A DNA stretch of 64,000 nt from Lingula anatina (Eukaryota > Animalia > Brachiopoda), in the NCBI GenBank assembly GCA_051362555.1, contig CM120649.1:14136001-14200000 (forward strand), written 5' to 3'. Each line of letters opens with the position of its first letter. Position 1 is the stretch's first letter. Positions 38,364 to 51,139 of this stretch are shown one piece after another. The notes under the pieces are model-generated. The model was not told the origin of the DNA. It saw only the letters and a program-made list of their open reading frames with translations, and did not search any database. The position numbers were made by a program, and so were the translations under genes.

Positions 38364-41230
38364 CTACAAAAATGATTAACTCATAGCTTCTAAAATGTGT
38401 TAAAATGTTGTATCACATTTACATATTAACATGTATCTTCGTAATTTTCCTCGGTAGCTTATATGTTTTGCGTTTTTAAAAGTTTTTTTAAGAATACGAC
38501 CGAAAAAAGTTTTTTTGGCAAGTCCGCACTACAGTCTTCTTATCAAAAGCTATGATAAATTGTGTGGTATTACGTCCAACATCTCTAATTATATATACCA
38601 ATTCATTTATGTAGTTTGCATTTAGCTTTTCAAGATGATAGATAAATATTTGCCTTAAGTTATTTATTGAAATGTGTTGTTATTATTACGACACTTATCC
38701 GTGTTTTTTTTTTTAATTATTATTTTTTTGTGTGTTTTTTTATGAAATACGACCTAAAAAGAGGGGTTTTTGTTTTTCTGGTATGCCTAGATAAGATTTT
38801 CACTTGCATTTAAATATAATTTATATTGGACTTTATTAAACAGAAGCACAGATATATTAGACAAAAGTTGTTTTCAGGTTCGACAATATTGGCCAGCTGA
38901 CATATAAACCGGAATAAAACAGATTAGCTGAAGACTATGAGTTGGGAAGTGCTGGATAGAGTGGTGGTTCTATTCACCTTTAGACTGCCATTCCTTTAGA
39001 AGCTTGATCTAGTTTGGTGTTTCACAGACAGCTACCACCTGAATTATGCGAATTCTGAAGACAGAAATGGTGTTAGATCCCATTTCGGTCGTACTTTTTT
39101 GTTACACTATGGCAATGGCCTATCTCAACTTGATCGCAGAACTCAAACATTATTCAGTGACCAGGGAAATCAACAAGTAGACTGGTCTGTTTTCCCTGCT
39201 TTGAATCCCACTGAGCGCTGTTGGGATGATCTAGATCGTATAAGTTGGAGCATAGAGGACCGGCGGAGTACACAGGATGAGGTGAGGTAGGCGTATACCT
39301 GAGCCACCAAGCTCCAGAAACTGGTGAAGTCACTACCTCGAAGATGAGATAACACCATCTGGGTTTGTATAATATGACTAATTGATAATGACTCTGTGAA
39401 TACATATCATTGAACAGTATTGCTTTTGGGTGACTCTGCTTTTCTCCTCTAATGCCTGCTTTGTTGGACTTGGCATTTGCATATCTCAGTAAGTTTCCAC
39501 TAATTCATAAATTTATTATTGATCACTGAAAGTTGCTCAAGCGAATAAATGCTCCCGGAATATACTGTAACTAGAAGGTAGACATGAAATTACAATGAAG
39601 GACTAATGAGCTGGTTGTAAGTAACATTTTGTCTTATTTTGAACTTATTGAAATAGAAGATTCAATACTCTTTTAGAATATTCCATCATCTGCAGCAAGA
39701 GTGTATATAATATTGACCTCCAATGTGGATATAAATAAGATTTAGTTTAAAAATTGTATTATACGAATATTGACATTGGGTGAAGGCGGCTCGGGGATTC
39801 GGGGGTTTATTGACCCGACACTTGGATAACTGACCAAGGCAGAAAATGCGAGGATAACTAAGATGACTCATAAAATCAGTTTTTTTAGTAAAATGGCGCA
39901 GCTCCGCATCCATATTGAATATAAGCATATGTCATTAGTAGATATTGCAGCGCATTACAGGAGATAGACAAGCTGGTTCGTTACGAACTGTTGAATGAAT
40001 GAAGGAGAGCCTGAAAGTTTGTCCCAAACTAAGGATGCATACCAAATGATGTAGACTACATCGACGTCTAAAACTTAACCTGATTTTATGTTTTAACACG
40101 CAAAAACGTTATTTTAATGCAGCGTTCAGTAATTGAATAAAAGTTCGAGAAAATTTCCGAGGTATTCATTCAATGGAATTACCATCTGGCAATGGATATA
40201 ACACGCAAAAACTGGTAGAAATAGCCTTATTCTAGTTAAAATGCATTGGAATGAATTGCTTGAATGGATGAAGTGATGCGGTGACCTTCTTTTAAAGTGT
40301 ACAGGTTATAACTCAAAATTGTTTTCCTTTTCTAAGGTTGCTTTCTTTTCTAATTTTTTTTAGATCTGGCAATCTAGCCAAATTCCTTTATACATGTAAC
40401 TATGTATGCGCCCTTTCTTTTATTGGCTTTTTTGTACTCGATAGAGATTTAGCAGATATTTTAAAATTATTCTTATTAGCCTTGCAAGGATATGCACTGG
40501 AGTCACGCAATGGTATAATTTCCTCTGAATTTTTTAAATATTAGTCTTCATTTCATAACATTGGCACCAAATGAATGGGGTAAAAGTATACAGACGTGAT
40601 GAAGAATTTAAAATTACGCAATTCAGTGATAAATTAACGTAATATATATGTCATAAAAATATGACATTGTATAATTGTATCTTTAACCTGTAGATAGTCT
40701 AGAAAATACAACTTAATTTATTATGTTGGATGAGGCACGAGTTTTCTTTTTTTAAGAATCAGAGGAATTGAACGAGGCGTTTTGTCTGCGATTTTCATAA
40801 TAGAAATTAATGTATCAACTCTGCTCAAGTCTTTGAAGCAGGTATGGCACCTTTTTTGTCATCCTGATTCAGCTTCTGTCGAAGGTTTCATCTACATAGC
40901 AACCAATCCTAAAAATACTGTCCGCTTTCAATTAATACGCATCTTCCAAAGGGCTATCCTCTACCAGATTAATAATGTTCACTTCTCTCTGACAGCAAAT
41001 GACTGTATCATGAATTAACAAGAGACGTGTCTGTGAATATGTAATAATAAATCAATCTGTCACGCTGGTGGGTCAAAGAAAATACGACTTAAAACCAGTA
41101 TTTTTGTTAAGTTGATTTAATATAAAACTGCACAATTTCAGTACTACTTACAGCTACAGTGAAATGATTTTAGAAGTAAAATTAGCAGGGTTAAGACAAA
41201 GCCTAAAAGTTATGGCCTAAATGATATTAA

Positions 41231-41705
41231 GAGATCATTCCCAGAAACTAGCTTACTAGCTTTAGATCGAACTATCTCAGAGCGGGTCCTCGCTAAATTG
41301 CAGTCGACTTTAGCGGCTTAGACTGCATTCCCATAGATTGAGATCGACCCATCTGGATCAATCTAACTCCCTGGGGGTTCACGCTAAATTGCTGTCAGTC
41401 GAGCGCGCACGAAAGTTAATTACCCCCTTACAGGTTTTAGTAGGCGGGACAGACATTTAAGCCGGTTAAGCTGACAGTAATCCACGGGGATAGATGAATC
41501 TAAAATCTGTGGGAATGCAGGCTTAGATGTCTGTAACGCCTACGTATACTGAACCTGAAAGGGGGTAATCAATTACCGTTTAGCAGCTTTAGCAGCTTTA
41601 GCAGGCGAACCAGACATCTTAGCCAATTAAGCTGAAAACAATTTAGCGAGAAACCCTGGAGATGGATCGATCCTCTTAGATCGATTAAGGGATGGGAAGC
41701 TAGTC
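41231..41705. mobile_element. Putative nested Harbinger-like MITEs (inner 41321-41522)
   Basis: Inner element TTA|gactgcattcccatagatt...aatctgtgggaatgcaggc|TTA. Outer element TAA|gagatcattccca...tgggaagctagtc|TAA with a degenerate TIR. Absent from unit A. Confidence 0.55.
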
Positions 41706-43139
41706 TAAGATGATGATAAAATCTGATACGCGTCTTCAATAGCTTTCCGTTGTCATGACACCATGACAAGTGCTAGTCGCAGGCCAATACGAAAGTCAAG
41801 GTGACAGACAAAACAGTTAGAATTCAAGGCGAGCACTGATGCAGGCGGTGGAAGGGGGGGGGGGTCCGGACATAATTTCTGACAGTCTTCCAAATTATCT
41901 TTGTTGATCCATTCTTCATTTTTGACCGTCTTTCGACAAGAAAATTTTTAAAAATTAGATACCCATCAATGTAAAATTGAAAAATCTAACCGTCTTCCGG
42001 AAGACCTAGATATGAAGACATTACAAAATTATAAAGCCAAGTTAAGGATGAAGTTAAATTTAAATTCCGTCTCAACTGACATGTTTTAAGATCATAGGAA
42101 AAGTCACTTCCCACATCATCATTGTGCATAGGCAGGCAATTCCATAGAATGAGGGTAGTTAATCAAGCAGCAATTACAAACGCAATGAAGTTGGCTGTAA
42201 CATGGGGACATATACGGCTAACTTTTACCTCTAACATGGTTAAAACTAAACAGTTTTAAAGATTATCGTATGGCAAGCTGAGGATCAGTGAAGTTCTATG
42301 AGAATTAACGTATATCATGTAGTCTCCGTGACGGGTGCGTTGCAACATTTTGCACAGCCTGCATATTAAGTTACTCTTTGAGATGCTCTAAGTGGTCAAA
42401 AACATGTAGTAAGCAGTTGTTAAAGACAAAAAGAGACGTTACAAATGCTTGTATGTGCTGTACCATGTCGTTTTAGTCTTAAACGTGATATTTTATTGAG
42501 TTTTTTGTGAGGCCACGGAAAGCTAATTTACTTATTTATCAACTCACTAGTTAATTAATGTACTAATCAATTAACTACGTTTTGATTAATTTAACTTCAC
42601 GATGATGTAGCCCATCACTGTTCAGACTTGAAAATAAAATCAAAATCACTCCATTATTTTTAGCATGTTATTCCTAAAATGTAGGAAACTAAATAAAATT
42701 ACAAATAATTACCTGTCAAATATAATCCCAGTAATCAAACTTGGTCCCAGTTTCTTAAAATCCCACCAAAATCAACCTTTAACCGAGATACTGCCCCCAA
42801 AGCAGAGCGTGTGCCTGTTTATTTTATTTCAGTCTATTTATTTATTTTAAAACAAAATCGATAACTCTGCCTTTAAAATAATTCATCACGGCGCACAACT
42901 GGAACAAATGGCCCCATATCTAATAAGTTACGGTTCTACCACGCGTCATTTAATGGACTGAAACCACACGTTTTTCGTGCTTTATTCAACAAGGTGACAT
43001 TTGAAAGATGTACATAAGTCGTCGTTTTCGAAGCTTTAACTTAAACAGACTCAAGCGAATATTGAGTCTGGTGCAGGTTGAATACATTCTTCAAAGCTGA
43101 CCACGGTGAGACGGGTAAGTTGAGAGACGAACTGCAACC

Positions 43140-45101
43140 ATGAAATTGTCTCTATTTCTTGCCTCCGCGCTTTTGGCTCTTTTAGCGTTAGAGCAGGTGG
43201 ATACCAATGATGCCAATGATGCCAATGAGACAGACAAGATACCACCCGGAGTGAAGTTTGTGAGAGAAAAAATTCCCAAGAACCGAAGACTAAAGTACAT
43301 GAAGAAGGAAAATCCCGCAGAAATAAGAAAGATAATGAAGGAAAAAGGGCTGATAGACATCTCCGAGGAGAAAGGTTTAGGTAAGTTTCAAACATTTGTC
43401 AAGCAAGAAAATGTTATATTCCAAGTAGAAGTAGACTTAGTCATTCTGAGGACAAAGTTAACCAAAGTCTGTCACATTGGGCGAGTGGGCGGTGGCTCTC
43501 CATTTAATTTTTTCTCAACATTATTGTTTCTGTTGCAAACATTATACCTCTACCAAATTATGCTTAATTTATACTTAGCGTTAAAAAGAATTTTGATTTT
43601 TTTGAAAAAGAAAAATTCCATCTGCTTGAAACGCAATTCTTCATATCGCTTTGAAAATCCAATTTTAAATTAAGCACTACTGGGTTTTTATATATAATTG
43701 TACTACCAGCACTATCATATTGATATTTGATTTAATAAATTTATCAAAGTTTTAGTGGATTTCATGTTGTTCGGTGTTATTTATTTGTCATAAGTATGTT
43801 AAATCAATAGTTTGTATTTCGTGTACCGCTGGCGATTGATATCTTGTAATTATTATTTCTAGTGCGGCTGATCACTGCTAAGGATGGTTCTAACGTTCCC
43901 AACCAGTATATTGCCCGTCTTAAGCCTTGTGGAAAGTATGGAAAAAGTAGGTGCACCACAAAAAAGTTAGGAATATTTCAGTTAGTACAATTAACTTAAT
44001 TTTTGTATCGCTGTGTACAAAGAAGACTAGAAAATTTATTTTAAAAATATCAAAATACCTGATAAATGATTAAATAGCCCCGCACGAAAATGCAGTAGTA
44101 TCGAAGTAGCAAAGAAGCATTAACGCAGTAGAGGTGTGGAGCATATTTGCAGTAGAAATGCAGTATAGCGTACTGCAATTCTACTTCAAAAATTACATAG
44201 GGTTGTACAGAGGAGGAGCGTTAATGCAGTAGATTAGCAGCATGATAGAAGCATGTTTCAATTATGCTAATTAGCTCCCACATCGAAGTAGATTTGAAGC
44301 ATGTTTGCAGTATAATTGCAGTAGTCTACTGCGCTGGAGTATCTACTTCGTTTTTGTGCGGGGCAGTACTGGGTTACTGGAACGTATTGTCTAAAACTAC
44401 ATGTATATGTATTAGGGGAATTTTATAGGAAAAGTGATTAGGGTCTGATCCCCATATATCACGTGGAACAAATTTTAGTATTGTTATCAAAAGTTATCAA
44501 TTTTTGGCCCAAAAAAGTGAAATAATTGACCAAAATGACGTTTCTCAAGACTGTCTGTAGAGACACTCAATTTCTAATACCTACTCAATCTGTGTATTTT
44601 TTTCATGACGTATATAATTTAGTAATGTTGTGGCAGGATTGAGTGGGTTCCAATGTGATTTAGTTCAGGTTAGGGTTGTACTCGAAGTATTGGGATAAGT
44701 GTATGGAACGAATTGCATCTGCACAAAGAAATGGGGAATGCATTGTGGTTTCTATTGGATTAAAATATGTGTGCAAGACACTGTATTTATGCCTCAGAAA
44801 AGCACAAAGGAGACATTTTTGTAACCTAGTCAATTATTTATTACTAAATGATACGTTTTACCCAACCAAAATATTTTTGTGAGACATATCTAAAGCCAAA
44901 TTTGAAAATTAAACCCAATTTCCACCCGAATAGATGGCGAAAATCTAGCAATTTATCTAAAAACGGAGTAAGTAAAACATATACATGTAAGCGTATAACA
45001 AATTATTACCTGCATGCGGATGTGTCCACTCTCTGGTGCAATGTAGTGTTACCTATCACTTTTATGTACCAAAAATCGATTATTAACCCTTATCTTATAA
45101 T

Positions 45102-45172
<71 letters not shown>

Positions 45173-45716
45173 AGGCCCAGTCCCGATCCAGGTATATTCT
45201 AAATCCATTAATCTCAATATGGCATAATGCGTTAATTGTTAAAAGCAGCACAACTTTATATATCAACTAATTTACAGGTTAGAAGACGGTTACCAGTAGA
45301 TTACCAGAGTTTCACTTGTAAGTAGATACAAAAAAATAACATTTTGATATGGGAAATTTATCATATCATGTAACAAGGTCACCAGTCCCAATTCAGACAG
45401 ATTCATATATAATTGAGCATAATTTGCATTTTTAAAAGCAGGATCTAATAAGAAAGGTGCATGTAATTAATTTACAGGTTAGAGACTAATTTACAGATGG
45501 AGGCCAGTTTGTGTTAGTGTCCTTTGCAGTGGTATATTCGCTAATGGTTTAAATGGAATATTCCATTTCATCTGCTTTCTTTGATCAAGTTATATGGCAA
45601 TCAGACCTTACTTACAAGTGGAACTGAAGTGGATATGGAATTTTGCTGCTTTTAACAATTTATGCATTATGCCATATTGGGACTGGAATTGAGAATATGC
45701 TTGGATTGGGAGTCTG

Positions 45717-45781
<65 letters not shown>

Positions 45782-47837
45782 TTGTACAGTTACAAAAACA
45801 ATGTCGATTTTACACCCATTTCAGTTCGCAAAATCTTGAAAGGAAGAGGTTCCCAAAAAAGAGTGAAGTTCAACAACAAAGATAACTACGTCATACTGAG
45901 GAATATAAGTGATAGGTATGACATGTAAACTCATTCCTTACCAACTAAGGCTTTATTTTAGTTCCGATTATAATGTCATTTTTATTAACGTAATAACTGT
46001 TATAAAGAATTTGATTTTTTTTTCACATCTTTAATACAATACATGTATGTACAATATCTTCATTTACATATTTATGCAATTTTATTTTACAGATACCACA
46101 TATAAAATTTATCAATTTTAATTTTTTTTGCGGGAGACATTCCACACAAACGATCTTTATTTATATATATTTATTTATATAGTCCGACTTGTGTGTTGTT
46201 TTACTGTTGCTGAAGTTTTTCTAATTTTCAACAGTGACCTCCAAAAGCTTCGCCAACTTACTGACGTCTTTGAGGAAATCGAACAAGATAAAAGAATGCC
46301 CCTTGGTCGTAGTCATTGTGAAGGGTATTTCAGGGCCGACACTACATGGGTAACTGTTTCTCTCTTCAACAGACCCTCCTAGCTGTAGTATTACTTTCTA
46401 AATTGGTCGATTGTCATTTAACCAAATTTAGAACAGCTATAGGGGACTGAGGTGGAGAGTTTGTCAGTTTGAGAGAATTCATACTCGCATTGTGTTTTGT
46501 GCGCTTGTATACCTTTTTAACGTTTCATAGTTTATCCGTCAAACTCCTTTCTGAGTACACATTGCTATGTGTCATTTTTTATAAGTATGTAAGTGTTTTA
46601 AGAAAAGATATAATATAAGGGATAAAATCTCAGTTTAAGATAGGCGAAAAAATTAATGTTATTTCGATACTGAAGACCTGGATTTTTTTACATTGTTATG
46701 ACTTCTTTTCCTTTTAACTATCTTGAATTGTTCATAAGATTTTTTATATTAATGCATGATTTACTAATTAACAGTCAATTAATCAAACTAAAGACTATAA
46801 AATGATATCATGTTTTGGTAGAAGAAGGATTCCTATTGATATGGCGTTGCTTCTTTTGATTCAGAATTTAGACAGAATCGACTATTATTATCGGAATGAT
46901 GACCGTTTTGCTACCTGGGCGCTCGGTTCTGGTATAGACGCATACGTCATGGACTCTGGAATTAACCCTGATCACGCTGACTTCGAAGGAAGAGTGTCAT
47001 CAGGTATGTGAAATTAAACAGAATATACATGACAAGGAGGTGGGCTGAGAGAGATAATGAATACAAAATTAGAAGAAAGGAGCCCTATCCTCGTCATTTT
47101 AAAAAAAAATTGTTATTTCAGGCTGGCATGCAAGTCGTTTTTCCAATAGTAGAGACTACGATGGCCATGGTACCCATGTGGCCAGCACCTTGGGAGGTAA
47201 AACCTATGGAGTAGCCAAGGAGGTGAACCTCATCCCCGTCAAAGTATGCGGCCCTAAAACGTGTGATTATGCGGACATGGTGGAAGGACTTTATTGGATA
47301 AAGTCACGTGTTCAAAAATACAAGCGTCTATCAGTTGTTAATATGTCAATCTGGGGTCCGTATTCATCCTATTTAAATGACGCTGTATACGCAGTATTGT
47401 ATGCAGGCATCCCAGTGGCTGTTATCGCTGGTAATGACGACCAGGAAAATGCATGTTATAAATCCCCGGCAAGCGTAAGATGGGCCCTCACAGTTGGCGC
47501 CACCGATGAAAATGATTACGTGGCTTCATTTAGTAACATCGGACATTGCGTCGACATTTACGCTCCAGGGACGAATATAAGGGCCGCCTACTACGCACAC
47601 AAGTACGGTTGGCTTGAGATGGGTGGGACGTCAATGGCGTCCCCTCTCGTCGCAGGTGCAGTGGCAGGAATGTTGCAGGTTTTCCGAGACGCTGGGTATT
47701 ATAGAGTCCCGTCGATAAGCCTTGTTGATGACATCAACTATAACATTATCAAGTTTGCAGAGAAGGGCACAGTGAGGGGTCTCCCGTCAACAAACAACAA
47801 CAATGTTATGCTTCAAACCATGTGCCTTACTACCTGA
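43140..47837 (+). CDS. Secreted S8A proteinase-K-like protease, copy 3, about 461 aa
   Basis: Exons 43140-43380, 43863-43946, 45825-45915, 46235-46349, 46865-47003, 47122-47837. DSG, HGTH, IAGN and GTSMASP intact. Confidence 0.93.
44078..44363. mobile_element. MITE with CCCCGCAC termini and internal GCAGTAG-like repeats
   Basis: TIR ccccgcacgaaaa / ttttgtgcgggg. Absent from unit A (about 28660), with a second, inverted copy at 63231-63546. TSD not resolved. Confidence 0.82.
45170..45718. mobile_element. MITE with imperfect TIRs of about 90 bp embedded in (TA)n
   Basis: Left end tcccgatccaggtatattct...caatatggcataatgcgttaattgttaaaagcagca mirrors right end tgctgcttttaacaatttatgcattatgccatattg...agaatatgcttggattggga. 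Long (TA)n lies on both sides (about 45104-45169 and 45719-45778). Absent from unit A. Confidence 0.8.
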
Positions 47838-49373
47838 ACCTGACCTCCCAACATTCTACAAATGAACGATAAACATACTAGATGACTGCAGTAGCTTCTT
47901 AAAACTTTACTTTGATATATCTTCCTGGAAATGTGGTCTGCTTTCAATGTTTCTAATAGTTAATTGTCATAGATTTTCTTGGTAATATGTTTTAGGAAGT
48001 AGTGAGGTTAAGAAATCTACAGAAGTTATAATAGGAGTTTCTTAGCGGAATGCTACAGGTAGGTTGGAACAATTCCTTCTGCGCTGGTTATATTAACAAG
48101 CATATCAACTGCTTAGGACGTATAGAACCAGAATACACAGATGTGTTTGGACCTTTAGATTTATTTTTAATGGACTATCGTTTTAACAAAATATCCTGTC
48201 TACAAGTTTTAAAACTCGGTGTTTTTGACGTCAAGTATTTTAAGGGTGCGGGGTGATACTGATGACGTTAGAACGTTTGCATGTCATCTATTATTCACGA
48301 ATATACACAACCTTTTAGTGCAGCAGCCAGTTTGCATTAATCTAGCTTCCCTGATATAGTTTGAAGAGGCGCTTCTAACTCTCAATAGCGATATTCCACT
48401 TGTGAAATTAAATGTCAGATTTATAAAGCACGCTAGGTGGCGTCTTATTTCTGTCCTGTAATTCAACTGCTAATAAAAAAATGCACGCAAAAGTTTGTAA
48501 GTTTAACGTTTTTACTTTTCTATCGACACTGAATTCTGTTCTGCAATTGAAAGACATTAATTAAGTGATAAAATTATAACTTATTTGTTAAATACCTGCG
48601 GTTTTGTTACAAACCTCGCAATTCAAGATCACACGAATATGCAGTCATTAAAGACCGCTAGATGGCATTAATTTCTACCTCACGACCGTAGAGTAATAAC
48701 GATGTTTAATGATGACAATAACAATTGTAAAATAATATTTTGGAAAGTATGTCCGAAGGAATATGCTGAATAGTCGAGATTTTACTAGACACGATGCCGA
48801 GATAAGTTTCATGGGATACTTTACTCTTTTAATTCTTTTTGATATTATACTATATAGCTAACTAACAAATAAGACAAACACACAGAGATCCATTCAAGTC
48901 TCGTGTGACATTATATTATACGACGTCTCCTTTCTAACCGACATACTTGCGACGTTTCCAACGCCCAAAAAGGGGAGAGGTAGAATTCTTCGTCTTTGAG
49001 GAAATTTTACCCCAAGTATTCTGACATACAATGTGTGGCGATCGTGTAAACTGAACGATATTTAACATGTGTAAACGTACAAAGGCAATTCAAGTGATTA
49101 TGTATATCACATATTTTAACCGCAACGCTTGAAATATATTGCATTTTCCTATTATGTATTTGAGTAAATTGGACATTCCTGCTAATTCATAACTTTACAG
49201 CGTTTCAGTCCAGGATTCTGATTAACACGTGTACATAGACTATAATCATAAGCATGAAAAAATCTGCAATTTGAACATAAGTTTAAAAGGTATAAAAAAC
49301 GATATATTAAAAATTAAGTTATGCATGCAAATGTCTTTTTTAATAACATGTTACCGAAAGTTTCACTTATTAA

Positions 49374-50412
49374 CCCTTAAGTGACCGAGTGGGGTCATTT
49401 ACGACCCCAGCCATATGATTTAATGTGCCATCTCTTTATTTTTTATTCGAATTTTCTTTCCTTGCAGAGTTTGTCAGTCTACTTATCCTTCACACTTTCA
49501 CAGTTTTTTTGTAGGGATCAACCAATTAGTGTGGCGTATTACATCAAAAATTCTTGTGGGGTCATTTATGACCCCAAAGAGAAGCATTGGTTTTTACATA
49601 TTAGTTTTTAAATTTTATTCAAATGTTTTGCCCAAGCAACACTGACAGGAAAATGTCACATGCATGTGCTTCATGCAACCAGCCAGTGTGCCCAAAACAT
49701 AGGCACAAATAAGTGGTTTGTGAAGATTGTGCTTGAAGTGTTACTAATAGTGCATCGCTGAATCTAATCTCAGTAGCTTAATTTGTTGGAACTTGTTCTC
49801 ATAACTGGGTCTCTCATTTTGACGGTTACAATTTTCGGGTATTTCTGAAATCTAAATAATTCTGTCGATATCATATTATACATATATTAACAAATTGTCT
49901 GTGTGGATTTTGTTTTATACACAGCTGATGTAGTAACATACATGTAGGTTGACTGAATGTGTTCTGAGTAGTATGACTTCCTTACCAGCATTAGGGTATT
50001 TCCTACTCAGCAAGTCAGCTAATTATTCTTATTGAAGTTAGCAGGATGCTATCTCAACATAAATCAAAATATTTTTACTCAAAGTAATTTTGTAATGTAC
50101 TTTTTTCATTTAGTGTGGCAAATAAAAAGAGAAATATTTCTGCAAGTGAAAACTGACAAGGACTGTCTAAATACCGGTGTAATGTTGTTCTTAAAATGTG
50201 TGCTTGGTTATTTCATGCAATAAAAGTATTATTACCAAATACTTATTACATTAGATCATTATAAAATACTTGTCTTAAATCCTGGGAGTAGTATGGGTGT
50301 GATAAAGCATCAACAGCCTTTTATAATAAGGACCCCTGTAGAGAGCACAATGGGGTCATAGATGACCCCACTTGGTCATTTCAGTCAGTAAAATAGCTTG
50401 GTCTCTTGAGGG
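49374..50412. mobile_element. Non-autonomous piggyBac-like element
   Basis: TTAA|CCCTTAAGTGACCGAG...CTTGGTCTCTTGAGGG|TTAA. Subterminal palindromes tggggtcat..a.gacccca at about 49390, 49557 and 50351. Empty site at about 32955. Confidence 0.85.
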
Positions 50413-50841
50413 TTAAAGTAATTTGTCCCGAGAGGAATTCTTAGTGTACTTCTCGGCTTGAAATTCATAAATAACAGGGTCGTATTCATCCAAGCGCGTA
50501 GGTTTTCTCGATAGTTTCTTATGAGATGTGAAAACATTTGTCCATCTGAAGCAATACAGACATCTTCATGGACTTATGATAACATTATATACAATTAAAT
50601 TGCATTATGCTAGTCATGTGCACCACAATAAAGTCTGCTACTTCAGTCTGCAAATAGGATCATTGGTTTCAACTGGCACTTTGCTTGTACAAAAACGGCG
50701 ACAACATCTGGTTTCAAGTTTTCTCATGTTATATTTTCAATTCTCAAAATTTCTTCGAGCCCCAACGTAGTGCTATACAATACATTTTAACGTGTTTCAT
50801 TTGTGCTTGGTTTTATTTGATCTGGTGCACTCCTCAACGTC

Positions 50842-51077
50842 TTATTTGAACTCGTGTTCTTCTAAGGTGGCGGCAAGTGTCGGATCAGGAAGAGGCTTGG
50901 TGAACCCGTCCTTTCCTTGGAGCCAGAATGTCAGCATGGGATCCTTGCCCTAGATTGAACATAAAAGACCACACTGTCAATATGATTCACAATAGACTGG
51001 AAGATACCTCGTAACTTGCAACGCACCGATTTGAAATTAATTCTGCTGAGAGTCTATGTAGTTGTTCAAAGTTACTG

Positions 51078-51139
<62 letters not shown>

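Noticed and set aside
44848-45885. ORFs with IYIYIY or VCVCVC runs (also 5877-6485, 29648-29929, 51016-51219)
   Set aside because: They are translations of dinucleotide microsatellites.
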